From: Promethearchaeota archaeon
GTDB taxonomy: Archaea > Asgardarchaeota > Lokiarchaeia > Sigyniarchaeales > SOKP01
Length of the DNA: 64,000 nt
NCBI GenBank assembly: GCA_030599585.1
Contig: JAUVNS010000014.1
Span: 1 to 64,000, forward strand
Direction of reading: 5' to 3'
Shown: positions 29,917-39,867 of the stretch, piece by piece
How the letters are laid out: each line of letters begins with the position of its first letter
Numbering within the stretch: the first letter of the stretch is position 1
Notes under the pieces: generated by a model
What the model saw: the letters and a program-made list of their open reading frames with translations, nothing else
Databases searched by the model: none
Told to the model about the DNA's origin: nothing
Translations under genes and position numbers: made by a program

Positions 29917-31236
29917 TTATTTTTTTTTGAATTTTGCGATAAAAAATCCTTTTGTTCGGTGGGTTGCTGGAAACAATCTTCCTGTTCCAGGAATATGCTG
30001 GTGGTCTATTTTATAGCTAGGAGAAAACCATTTTGGAAGTTCCATAGGCTTAAAATGGTTTAAAACTTTTAATACTTGCAGCTCCCCTTCCTCGGGGTAA
30101 AGACTACAAGTAGAATAAACGAGAATACCAGAGGGTTTTAACAAATTAATAGCGTTTTTAAGTAATTTCTCTTGGAGCACAAGATTTTGATGAAGGAATC
30201 CTTCATTCTGTCGCCATTTAAGTTCGGGATTTGTCGAAAATGTCCCGCTTCCAGTACAAGGTGCATCTAATAAAATCTTATCGAAGAAATTAGTAAATCT
30301 AACCGGTAATTTAATACCATCTGAATTCATCACATTGGTGTTTAATACATTTAATTTTTTTAAAAGTTGTCTCGTTCCTTTTAACCGCTGTTTGCTAAAG
30401 TCGTTGGCTATTATTTTCGCTTTATTTTGAGATAATTGAGCTATAATGCTAGTTTTGATTCCAGGAGCAGCACACATATCACATATCAACTCGTCTGCTT
30501 GAGGTTCTAAAAGGTGGGTTACAGCAAAAGAAGCCTTATCCTGTATAACAAGTTTGCCTTCTTTATACAATCTGCTCAAAAGGATTTTCTTTTTATTTTT
30601 TAATTCTGTATAAAAAACTTTTGAGAAATGTGTGTCTCGTTTCGCATTAATTCCTTGTTCTTCTAAATCCTCTAAAATATTATTTAAAGAATCTAGTTGA
30701 TTTTTTTCGTATGCTAAATCATTAAGTCGAAAAAATAGTGTTTGATTGCCCTCCTTACTATCCATTTGCTTAACATTAGCCCTAATTGTTTCTAAATCCA
30801 TTACAGTAGCAAGTTTTTTAATTGTAAAAGTTGGAATTGCGATTTCTAAACTTAACTTTTCTATTTCGTTTTTTCCTTTTAAAGCCTGCTTCCACGAAAA
30901 GAAATCAAGCTTCTTTATAAGAGTCGATTCATCTGAGCCGAAATTGAGTTCGTTACCTACTTTTATAGCGTTTTCTTTCTCCCATACGATTCGATAAATA
31001 GCAATAAGATATTTAGCATTACTACGATTATTAGAACCATGTGGGTCATTAGTAAATTTAAGGTCTCGCTTTAAAATGAAATTGATTTTGTTCCAATATC
31101 GGAGTATTTCGTAATAATAATGAACTAACTCAGCATTACTACGATTTTTAATGGAAAGGGCGCCAGTTTTTCGCTCAATAAATCTAATCAATAATTTAAT
31201 TAATTTATCTATAACTTCTTGATTGATACTAAACAC
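29917..31236 (-). CDS. RsmB/NOP2-family RNA cytosine-C5 methyltransferase
   Basis: QDKAS, DMCAAPGIKT, DAPCTGSG, YSTCS. Confidence 0.95.
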   Translation of the reverse strand: MFSINQEVIDKLIKLLIRFIERKTGALSIKNRSNAELVHYYYEILRYWNKINFILKRDLKFTNDPHGSNNRSNAKYLIAIYRIVWEKENAIKVGNELNFGSDESTLIKKLDFFSWKQALKGKNEIEKLSLEIAIPTFTIKKLATVMDLETIRANVKQMDSKEGNQTLFFRLNDLAYEKNQLDSLNNILEDLEEQGINAKRDTHFSKVFYTELKNKKKILLSRLYKEGKLVIQDKASFAVTHLLEPQADELICDMCAAPGIKTSIIAQLSQNKAKIIANDFSKQRLKGTRQLLKKLNVLNTNVMNSDGIKLPVRFTNFFDKILLDAPCTGSGTFSTNPELKWRQNEGFLHQNLVLQEKLLKNAINLLKPSGILVYSTCSLYPEEGELQVLKVLNHFKPMELPKWFSPSYKIDHQHIPGTGRLFPATHRTKGFFIAKFKKK

Positions 31237-31286
31237 TCCCCAATAATTTGATTATTTTTTGAGCTCTAAACCCATGATATTATTGA

Positions 31287-32417
31287 TTATAGATAGTCAA
31301 ATAGAGATGCTGTTGAATTAGTAATGTCTGTAATGTCTTTAAGTTCTTGTTTTGAGAAAATTGCTTGATAATAAGTTGGCTTATGCAAATTCGTTATATA
31401 AAATTTTTTAATTTTCTTGAATTTTTCTTTTTTTAGGTGGGTATGTTCAAGAATTTTATCTATGGTTTCTGAAGGATTATTGACTAAATCATCGTATCTA
31501 ACTATTAGTGTTGCATCCGCAAGTTTTTTATTCTTTTTCAGGATATCAGAAACAAAGCTATAAATAGATGCCCAATACAGAGCCCATGCTTTTGTGTCAC
31601 TACTATTCCTTAACCAGAGCTTACTCAAAGTTTCAATCATCTCGTGGTCCCCTACATTTATGAATTTCCTATTACGACCAAATTCATAATGGCCAATGAG
31701 TCGAGTAAAATGTTCTAAATGAGGATCTTCTACCCCCATTTTTTCAAATAATTTATTTTGCTTAATAAGGGACGCTATATGATCAATAGGGTTACGAATT
31801 ATTAATAGAAATTTAGATTTGGGAAAGATTTTTAGTAAATATTCCATTCTTGTGACATTATAATTGTTCTTTGTAAGATACCTAGATTTTTTTTGATTTA
31901 AAAGCATTTTCGAGATATGGTTACGATAAAATTTTTCGAAACTACTATTTGAAACATTATGATCTAGAACATTTGAAATGGTTTTTTTATGGACACCTTT
32001 AAAAAATTGACTCCAAATCACTTCTTCCAAAGCTTCAGGGCTTTCACGATTAACCATAATTCCGTCGTTATGAATCCTTTCAACCGGATCAAGAAATATT
32101 TTAGTTTTTCGTGCAAATTTAGTCCAAATGTAGGGAAGGTAAGACATAGGTATGTGTATGTAGCGATGAGTAGCAACATCAAGGTGTTTACTTAACATCT
32201 CAAGAATTATTGTTGTTCCCGCCCGCGCGAGACCCGTTATGTATATCGGGCTCTCATCGTTGTAATTCGAAATTCTTCTTAAGAGAATTAAAGTTTCAAT
32301 TTTATCCAAGAATAACACTACGGGATTGATTCTATTTAAAAATTTAGCTATGTAATAAGCAGTTAAAGGATAGGAAGACTCACTTTTCTTATCACGATTA
32401 AAATATTTGAGATCCAT
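31287..32417 (-). CDS. Sulfotransferase family protein
   Basis: 5'PSB YITGLARAGTT; 3'PB IIRNPIDHIAS; VRYDDLV. Confidence 0.88.
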   Translation of the reverse strand: MDLKYFNRDKKSESSYPLTAYYIAKFLNRINPVVLFLDKIETLILLRRISNYNDESPIYITGLARAGTTIILEMLSKHLDVATHRYIHIPMSYLPYIWTKFARKTKIFLDPVERIHNDGIMVNRESPEALEEVIWSQFFKGVHKKTISNVLDHNVSNSSFEKFYRNHISKMLLNQKKSRYLTKNNYNVTRMEYLLKIFPKSKFLLIIRNPIDHIASLIKQNKLFEKMGVEDPHLEHFTRLIGHYEFGRNRKFINVGDHEMIETLSKLWLRNSSDTKAWALYWASIYSFVSDILKKNKKLADATLIVRYDDLVNNPSETIDKILEHTHLKKEKFKKIKKFYITNLHKPTYYQAIFSKQELKDITDITNSTASLFDYL

Positions 32418-32451
32418 GGCTTGTATCTTAATTCCCTGAAATTTTTAGCTA

Positions 32452-33690
32452 CTAATGAATAATTTTTTCTATCAATTCTGCTAACTCTTTTTCAGTTATG
32501 TATTTCTTCTTTGTTATTGCGTTATAGGTTGTATCTAATATTTCTTTAATATATTTTTCATAATTTTTAAAACCTAATTGTTCACATTTCATTCTTATAG
32601 CATCGCCATGAAGCGTGGTCGGGCCAAATATTATTTTTTCGGTCTGTCCTACAATCTCTGGTTTATATGGAGTAAAACACATCCAAAACTTTTCTTTTTC
32701 TAACGCTCCCATGACGTGGAGCTCGCTTTCGTGTAAAAATGTGTTTTTCCCTACAACGGGCTTATTATAAGGTAAAGGAACTCCAGAGACTTTTTCTATG
32801 TGTTTGCTCAAGTTGTAGAGTTTAGAAAGATCAATCCCTGTATCTATACCATAGAGCATTTCTAAAGAAATTATTACTTCTTCTAAAGAGGTGTTTCCCG
32901 CTCTATCCCCTAGCTTATTAACTACTAGATCCATGTATTGCGCGCCTTGTTCCACGGCAGCGATTGTAGATGCTGTTCCTAACCCAAAATCGTCGTGGAC
33001 ATGAATTCCAAGAGGAATTTCTTTTACAATAGGTTTCAACTGCTGAAACATGTAGGAGATGGCAGGAATATTACAAGCTCCGACGGTATCATATAACATT
33101 ATCATTTTTGCGCCATTTTTAACTCCTTTTTCTATTGCTTTTTTTAAAATTGAGAATTCTGAACGAGTAGCGTCAACACAATCTAATATAGCTTCACCTC
33201 CAAACCTTTTAATCCTTTTCAACACGGAAGGAATCAAGCTAATCATGACTTCGGGTGTAATTTTGTTATCTCCTGTGAAAAGTTGAAGTTGCCATTTCGT
33301 CAAAACTATGCCAAAACCAATATAATCTAACTTCGCTTCTAAAGATTTATGAATTTCATTAGTCCACCGTGAAGGGTTTGTGCTCAAATGAGAATATGTT
33401 TTTATTTTCATTCCTAATTCCTTGATTTGATTAGCTAAGTCCCATTGATCTTGGACTTGGCCAATGTAGCCACAATCTATGTGCTCAACGCCTAAATCTT
33501 CTAACATCTCGACAATTTTAATTTTTTCGTCTAACGTGTAATAAACACCAGGAGTCTCTTCTCCTTCTCTAATTGTCGAATCCCGAACAAAAACTTGTTT
33601 TGGAAAGTTAAAATGCTTAATTAATTCAGAATCGTAATTTAAAGGCGAAATCCACCACTTCTCATTGAACCATTTAGTTTTTTCTTTCAT
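32452..33690 (-). CDS. DRE-TIM acyl-CoA condensing enzyme (homocitrate/isopropylmalate synthase family), no regulatory domain
   Basis: DSTIREGEETPG, HVHDDFG, GDRAGN, HESELH. Confidence 0.88.
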   Translation of the reverse strand: MKEKTKWFNEKWWISPLNYDSELIKHFNFPKQVFVRDSTIREGEETPGVYYTLDEKIKIVEMLEDLGVEHIDCGYIGQVQDQWDLANQIKELGMKIKTYSHLSTNPSRWTNEIHKSLEAKLDYIGFGIVLTKWQLQLFTGDNKITPEVMISLIPSVLKRIKRFGGEAILDCVDATRSEFSILKKAIEKGVKNGAKMIMLYDTVGACNIPAISYMFQQLKPIVKEIPLGIHVHDDFGLGTASTIAAVEQGAQYMDLVVNKLGDRAGNTSLEEVIISLEMLYGIDTGIDLSKLYNLSKHIEKVSGVPLPYNKPVVGKNTFLHESELHVMGALEKEKFWMCFTPYKPEIVGQTEKIIFGPTTLHGDAIRMKCEQLGFKNYEKYIKEILDTTYNAITKKKYITEKELAELIEKIIH

Positions 33691-33704
33691 TATACTTACC
33701 TAGA

Positions 33705-34916
33705 TTATTTAATTACTTCTTTCGCTAATTCTTCAAGCTCTTTTTCCGAAATATAATCTTGAAATTGTATTTTTTCTTGTATTTTTTCTATTAAAACATC
33801 TAGATCGTTTTTACTTGGGTTTAAGCCCATTTTATTTAACTTTGCCTTTATAGCTCTATCTTGTAAGGTTGTTGCACCAAATATTAATTTTCGAGATTGT
33901 CCAACAACCCACGGTTGATACAATTCCCAAGTAGTCCAATTGCCAATTAATATTTGTTCTACATGTAGATCTGACTCGTGTATAAAACAATTCTTCCCTA
34001 CTATTGCTTTATGGGCTTGCAATGGAGTTTTACTGTATTTCTCAATAAGTTGAGATATTTCCATAATTTTATCTAGTTTCAAATTTAAGTCCATTCCATA
34101 GAGAATTTCGAGACCCATTATTACTTCTTCTGTAGCAGCATTACCCGCTCTATCGCCAAGCCCATTAAAAACAACATCTACTATTTCGGCTCCGCCTTCT
34201 ACTCCTGCAAGCGTGGTAGCAACGGCTAAACCTAAATCGTTATGTGTGTGGACTTCAATAGGTATATCTCCAACGATTTTTTTAGTAAATTTAACAACAT
34301 CTTTGAAGGCTAAAGGAGTAGCACATCCATTTCCGTCGTATACGACGATCCTATCAGCTCCTGCATCTAAAGCCAAGGTTACAAATTTTTCCCAGTACTT
34401 TGGAATGACGCGACCAGAGCCGAATGCAACATAAGCACCTTGCGATTTGGCATATTCTATTCCTTCTGTAATTCTATTAAATACATCATTTTTATTCTTT
34501 AAGACAGGACTGGGGACAAGCAAAAAGTTTACATGATCTGCTTCCGCTGCCAAAATATCGTCAACTTCTTTCTTAACATCCTCAACGTACAACCTTGCGT
34601 GCGAAGACAATTTCATTTTGATGCCTTCTTTCTTTAGAGCTTTAAATGTATCAGCATGTTCTTTGATGCCGGCTGCGTAACCAACCTCAATTTCGGGAAT
34701 GCCCATTTCTTCTAGAAGCTTTGCTATCTCAATTTTCTGCTCTATTGTAAAATAAGACCCGGGTGTTTCTTCTCCTTCTCTTAACGTATCATCTTTAATT
34801 ATAACTTTTTCCGGTAGATTTATTTGATTTTGAACCGTATCGGCATAGTTCCACTCAAAATTCCACCACCTTTGTTGTTTATCCATCCTCATATATGCCC
34901 ATGCGTTAACCCACAT
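33705..34916 (-). CDS. DRE-TIM acyl-CoA condensing enzyme, tandem paralogue
   Basis: DDTLREGEETPG, HTHNDLG, GDRAGN, HESDLH. Confidence 0.88.
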   Translation of the reverse strand: MWVNAWAYMRMDKQQRWWNFEWNYADTVQNQINLPEKVIIKDDTLREGEETPGSYFTIEQKIEIAKLLEEMGIPEIEVGYAAGIKEHADTFKALKKEGIKMKLSSHARLYVEDVKKEVDDILAAEADHVNFLLVPSPVLKNKNDVFNRITEGIEYAKSQGAYVAFGSGRVIPKYWEKFVTLALDAGADRIVVYDGNGCATPLAFKDVVKFTKKIVGDIPIEVHTHNDLGLAVATTLAGVEGGAEIVDVVFNGLGDRAGNAATEEVIMGLEILYGMDLNLKLDKIMEISQLIEKYSKTPLQAHKAIVGKNCFIHESDLHVEQILIGNWTTWELYQPWVVGQSRKLIFGATTLQDRAIKAKLNKMGLNPSKNDLDVLIEKIQEKIQFQDYISEKELEELAKEVIK

Positions 34917-35004
34917 AAATACTAACTCATATAGAATTCAATCCCTATTAATTAAAGGTTTAAATAAAACTTTGATATAATCACTATTAAAGATATATTT
35001 TAAC

Positions 35005-36291
35005 TTGGTGATTCTAATAATGAAAAATTATTCAACAAAGATATTAATTCTACTGACTTTCTTTTCGTCAGCTTTATTCAGTATAATAACTCCTATGGCA
35101 AAAGAGCTTACGATTGCTTTAAGTTTAGGCAGCGAAGAGCAAATTGCAGTTATCAATTCAATGTTCTTGGTGGTAGCAGCGTTTAGTTCGCTAATTTGGG
35201 CTGTTTTAGCTGACAAATTTCAACGTAAAAATTTGTTAATCGTTGCCACTATTGAGTGGTCAATTTTTACTTTATTAACTATTTTTGCCACAGATTTCTA
35301 TTCGCTATTATTATTTCAGCTATTGACAGCAATTGGTTTTGGAGCTGCGTTACCTTTAATATTTTCTTTAATTGTAGATTTAGTAGCTTCTGAAAATCGA
35401 GGAAGAAAATTCGGTGTTTTAAGCGCCGTTTATGTTTTAGGAAATGGGCTAGGGCAGATGTTATCGGGATTCTTAATCGATTTCTACGCGTGGCAGGTAC
35501 CTATTTTTATTATTTCGATAAGCGGATTTTTTTGTACGGGTCTATTATTTCTCCTTATAGAACCGGAAAGGGGTACAATGGATAAGTTAAATAGAGCATC
35601 AGGAGAGATTGATATTGATTTAAGTTATAAGATAAAATTAAAAGATCTACAAAAAATCTGGAAAATTAAATCAACGATTGGCTTGTTAATTTTAAATTTT
35701 GTGATGTTCATTTCTATAGGTGCTATATCTTCATTTTTCATCTCGATGCTTAAAAACGACTTTATGCTTCCTTCTAGTTTAGCTACGATCTTTTTAATAT
35801 TGGTTTTTAGCAGTCAGGTTATTAGTGGTCCCTTATTTGGCAAACTGGGCGATAAAAAACGCCAAACCGATAAAAATGGGAGGATTAAGGTTGTTTTAAT
35901 CTGTCTTATTGGCGGTTCCAGCCTATACATTATCGCATACTCGTTAACCTTTATTTCCACTGGCATTATTGTAGCGTTTATTTTTATTGCTATTATATAT
36001 GTCGGTGCATTCCTTTTTGGAGGAATCGATCCGCTTACGCAAGCGACTCTTGGAGAGATAAATCCTCCTCAAATTAGATCTACAATTTACTCTCTTAATT
36101 ATCTTGCTTACACCTTTGGCAGAAGTATAAGTTTATTAATCCTTGGTCAGCTGTTCTTACATTTTAATAATCAATACAGCCCAGGATATCTTATCTTATC
36201 CATAATGGCGTTGAGTTGTTCATTGCTTTTAATACCAATTTTGAAATATTTACCGAAAGATATCCAAAAAATCAACGCTGGAGAAATTTAA
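35005..36291 (+). CDS. MFS transporter (ATG 35020 a likely start)
   Basis: WAVLADKFQRK motif A, GKLGDK, about 12 TM. Confidence 0.92.
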   Translation: MVILIMKNYSTKILILLTFFSSALFSIITPMAKELTIALSLGSEEQIAVINSMFLVVAAFSSLIWAVLADKFQRKNLLIVATIEWSIFTLLTIFATDFYSLLLFQLLTAIGFGAALPLIFSLIVDLVASENRGRKFGVLSAVYVLGNGLGQMLSGFLIDFYAWQVPIFIISISGFFCTGLLFLLIEPERGTMDKLNRASGEIDIDLSYKIKLKDLQKIWKIKSTIGLLILNFVMFISIGAISSFFISMLKNDFMLPSSLATIFLILVFSSQVISGPLFGKLGDKKRQTDKNGRIKVVLICLIGGSSLYIIAYSLTFISTGIIVAFIFIAIIYVGAFLFGGIDPLTQATLGEINPPQIRSTIYSLNYLAYTFGRSISLLILGQLFLHFNNQYSPGYLILSIMALSCSLLLIPILKYLPKDIQKINAGEI

Positions 36292-36414
36292 CCTAAATAC
36301 TAACCACTTTTTTTTTCTCTTATTAATAACACCTTCTCATTAAGCGTATTATTAGAGAGCTTTTAAAGATATGAATTATTAAGTTTATATTATAAAATTA
36401 CCAACAAAAACTAA

Positions 36415-37185
36415 GTGATTAAAATGTGGTTAGTATTTCTGCTGTGGATTGTTGTTATATTCGTTTCGACAACGTTAATTAGTCAGTATATTAAAATGCA
36501 AAATCGAGAGGATGTTGCTATAGCATTATTCGTTTTGTTTATTACGATGTCGCAAATACTTGCAGCAAAAATCGGGGATTTCACTGTTTTTAATTATCAA
36601 ATAACTGCTCCAGTAGCCGTACTAATATTCCCCTTTACTTTTCAGATTACTGATATGGTAAATGAAAATTTTGGTCAGAAAGCAACTCATAGAATGATTT
36701 TTATCGCTTTCCTAACTCAAATATTCATGGCTATCTTTATATGGTTTAGCATCGAAGTTCCTGCTGCACCATTTTGGGGTTTTGATTGGGCAAGCGACCC
36801 TGTTGAAGCCCAACAATTTTGGCTAAATTTCTTCGGTTCCACAATTAGGATTACGATTGCTTCTTGGATATCTTTCATAATAACTGAAAATTTAGATGCC
36901 ATTTTATTCGCGAAACTTAAAAAATGGACGAAAGGCAAAAATCTCTGGATAAGAAATGTGTTTAGCGATATACCAACTTTAGCTTTAGATAGCGTACTCT
37001 TCATTAGTATTGCTTTTGGAGGCGAATTTCCTCTTGATGTTATATTGATAATGATTTGGGGACAGCTGCTTACTAAATGGTTCTTTGGGGTCATTGATAC
37101 ACCTTTTATGTACCTTTCGCGCGGGATAATTAATGGAAAAATAAATTTATTAGGAAACCTCTTTTCTAAGAAAGAAGATCGCTAA
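36415..37185 (+). CDS. Queuosine-precursor (preQ0/preQ1) transporter, YhhQ/VUT family
   Basis: LAAK, FPFTFQITDMVNENFG, RITIAS, LWIRN..S, DS..F, DTPF. Confidence 0.9.
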   Translation: MIKMWLVFLLWIVVIFVSTTLISQYIKMQNREDVAIALFVLFITMSQILAAKIGDFTVFNYQITAPVAVLIFPFTFQITDMVNENFGQKATHRMIFIAFLTQIFMAIFIWFSIEVPAAPFWGFDWASDPVEAQQFWLNFFGSTIRITIASWISFIITENLDAILFAKLKKWTKGKNLWIRNVFSDIPTLALDSVLFISIAFGGEFPLDVILIMIWGQLLTKWFFGVIDTPFMYLSRGIINGKINLLGNLFSKKEDR

Positions 37186-37251
37186 TTATCTACATTCTTT
37201 TTTAATTTTGTTATTATTAAAAGAATTATGGACAATCTCGAGTAAAGCGTA

Positions 37252-37953
37252 ATGAAAATTAAAGAAAATCTTTGTACTGGTTGCGGACAATGCGAAGTAG
37301 TTTGTCCAGTTCAAGCGATTCAAATAATTGACAATATTGCGATATTGGACAATAAAAAGTGTGTAGAATGTAATGTCTGTTATAGAAATGCTCAATGTCC
37401 CGTCAATGCCATTAGACCAACGCGTTTAAAATGGCCCAGACTCATTAGGAATCCATTTAGCGACGTTATAAGTACTCATAAATTGACTGGTGTAGCTGGT
37501 AGAGGGACTGAAGAAATGAAAACAAACGACATAACTAATAGGTTTGAGTTTGGTGAGATCGGAGTTTCAATTGAACTAGGGCGACCTGGTGTAGGAACTA
37601 AACTTGCTAATGTTGAATTGTTTACCCTAAAACTATCAAAAATTGGAGTTATATACGAAAAAGCTAGCCCCCTTTCAGCGTTAATTATCGATAATGTTGG
37701 TCACATTAAAGAAGATGTAAAAAACGAGTATGTCTTGTCAGCAATTATAGAATTTAAGATACCAAATGAAAAATTACCAGAAGTATTGAGAATAATTAAA
37801 GATATTGAGAATGTTATCGATACAACTTTTACTGTAGGAATTATTTCTAGAGTAAACGATAACGGAAAGATACCCGTTGTTAAGAATTTAGAAGATAATG
37901 GTTTTTTTGTTAGATCTAATGCTAAAATCAATATAGGATTAGGTCATATCTGA
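37252..37953 (+). CDS. 2x[4Fe-4S] ferredoxin-domain protein with uncharacterised C-terminal domain
   Basis: CTGCGQCEVVCP, CVECNVCYRNAQCP; GRGTEEMKTND; ELGRPG. Confidence 0.85.
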   Translation: MKIKENLCTGCGQCEVVCPVQAIQIIDNIAILDNKKCVECNVCYRNAQCPVNAIRPTRLKWPRLIRNPFSDVISTHKLTGVAGRGTEEMKTNDITNRFEFGEIGVSIELGRPGVGTKLANVELFTLKLSKIGVIYEKASPLSALIIDNVGHIKEDVKNEYVLSAIIEFKIPNEKLPEVLRIIKDIENVIDTTFTVGIISRVNDNGKIPVVKNLEDNGFFVRSNAKINIGLGHI

Positions 37954-37971
37954 TAAAGAAAAATTAATATT

Positions 37972-38559
37972 ATGACTCACTCATTGCATAGAATAGGAAG
38001 GGAATCTGAATTAAAGGAAGATTTTGTAATCTTAGCTATGGTTGCAAAAGGATACAATGATACTAATCCAGAAGCGCGTAAAAATTTAATAAAAATTGGA
38101 GAGATATTAGAACAACATAATCCTACAAACATGATTATTAAACCAGCGTGGAAAGTTTCGACAGTAATTCAAGGAGCGTTTGAGAATAAGGAAGATGTAA
38201 AAGATGTCCTCAAGATTCTTAAAACAGAAGATTTAGGAGTTTCAATTGTGGTTAGTGGTTTGATCTCAGAAATTACACCAGTTTTGAAAGACATAGACCT
38301 AAAACCTCACACAATTCATTTATCTTTAGGGATTTTTGGAAAAAAGGAGAAATTACCTTCAAAAGAAATCTTAGAAGTTACAACGATGTGCGGTCATCAC
38401 TGTATATCGCCCCAATCTGTTGAAAATTATGTAAATTTGATTAAAAAAGGAAAGATTTCCGTAGAAAAAGCAGCGGAAAAACTAGCAAAGCCATGTGTAT
38501 GTGGTATTTTCAATCCAAAACGAGCAACAAAGATATTAAAAAAGTTAACTGGAAAATGA
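37972..38559 (+). CDS. Uncharacterised Cys/His-motif protein, likely partner of the upstream Fe-S protein
   Basis: MTHSLHR, TMCGHHC, CVCGIFNP; 18-nt gap. Confidence 0.8.
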   Translation: MTHSLHRIGRESELKEDFVILAMVAKGYNDTNPEARKNLIKIGEILEQHNPTNMIIKPAWKVSTVIQGAFENKEDVKDVLKILKTEDLGVSIVVSGLISEITPVLKDIDLKPHTIHLSLGIFGKKEKLPSKEILEVTTMCGHHCISPQSVENYVNLIKKGKISVEKAAEKLAKPCVCGIFNPKRATKILKKLTGK

Positions 38560-38560
38560 C

Positions 38561-39766
38561 TCAAATTTGGATTAACTCATAATCAGTAGAGCCAATTTTA
38601 TTTTGAAGAGCCGCTTCAAATTGCCTAACGGGATTTAACATCCCGAGCATCGCCTTAAATTTCTCAACACCTTGTTCTAATGGTTTTGTCCACTCGCCAT
38701 CTTGTTTTAAAATTGGAAGCCCAGGAGCCTTAGTTTCTGCATCAAAACAGGCTTTATCTATAGCCACTGGATCTGAAGAACCAAAAATACCTAAGTCAGG
38801 AACCACTGCCATTCCGGGATTAGGTACGCAATCACACATGAGAGGAATATCCAACGCAAAATTAATATAACGGATGTTTTCAGCACCGAAAGAATTGACA
38901 ACTGCTGCAGCACAGTCAATGAATCTATCGGTAAATTCATTAATCTCATTCATTTTGGGTTTTTTAATTGCTCTTTTAATTGGACATTTTAATAAACACA
39001 GAAAACAACCGTAACAAAGTTCAGCATCTATTAAAGCTTTCTCATTTTCGATTTTAATTGCTTCTACTGGACAAGCGCTTATACATTCTTGTTTACATTG
39101 AGATGTGTCGCATTTCCTCTCATTTATTTTTAACATACCATCCGCGTGGGCTAAATGTTTATTGTGTTTTGTTACGCATCCAATTCCAAGTTGTTTTAGT
39201 GCACCACCAAATCCTGCCTGGGGATGTCCTTTAAAATGAGAAATAACTAAAAGTTTATCGTAATTATACAAATCTTTAGCTACAGAAACGCTTTTTAGCG
39301 TTATTCCATTAAATTCTATAATTCTTCTTTCAATTCCTTGATCCCCATCAATAAATTTGAGTGGAGCCCCAACTATGGTCTCATCATACCCATGTAATTT
39401 CGCAATCGCTTGGTGTTCAAAAGTATTTTTTCTATGACCTACACAAATCGAGTAATCATCGTGAATTTCGATCTCTTGAAGATGGTTTCCACCCCCTTGA
39501 GTTTCAACTAAAGTCGGAATTGCACCTAGAGATTTAACGGCTTTGACTACTTCATGCACGAAATCGTGCCGTAAATAATGGGTGTTCATGGCTTCCCCTA
39601 CGTGAACTTTGATCGCAACTTTATCTCCCGATTTAATATTATCTAAAATTTTATCCAAAATAAGTCGAGTTTTTACTAATTTGTTTGTTACCATATTCTT
39701 TGAAGTATTAGTCATAGATGCCATTTCATTGGGATGTGCCCAATATACTATCGTACTGTCCGTCAT
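38561..39766 (-). CDS. DUF362 family Fe-S protein with inserted ferredoxin
   Basis: VAIKVHVGE, SHFKGH..AGFGGALKQLGIG, CYGCFLC...CP, CDC, SSDPVAID. Confidence 0.9.
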   Translation of the reverse strand: MTDSTIVYWAHPNEMASMTNTSKNMVTNKLVKTRLILDKILDNIKSGDKVAIKVHVGEAMNTHYLRHDFVHEVVKAVKSLGAIPTLVETQGGGNHLQEIEIHDDYSICVGHRKNTFEHQAIAKLHGYDETIVGAPLKFIDGDQGIERRIIEFNGITLKSVSVAKDLYNYDKLLVISHFKGHPQAGFGGALKQLGIGCVTKHNKHLAHADGMLKINERKCDTSQCKQECISACPVEAIKIENEKALIDAELCYGCFLCLLKCPIKRAIKKPKMNEINEFTDRFIDCAAAVVNSFGAENIRYINFALDIPLMCDCVPNPGMAVVPDLGIFGSSDPVAIDKACFDAETKAPGLPILKQDGEWTKPLEQGVEKFKAMLGMLNPVRQFEAALQNKIGSTDYELIQI

Positions 39767-39867
39767 GATAAATCCTTTTCAATTGTTTGCTTAATAAAGT
39801 TCTTATTATTTTTATATTAAAGGAACAACTTAATCTATTAAAAATAATATCTTTGTTTTTTATAATC

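Noticed and set aside
37972-38559. Selenocysteine read-through at TGA-ending Cys-rich genes
   Set aside because: The TGA falls at a natural C-terminus abutting a convergent gene; no known selenoprotein family or continued frame
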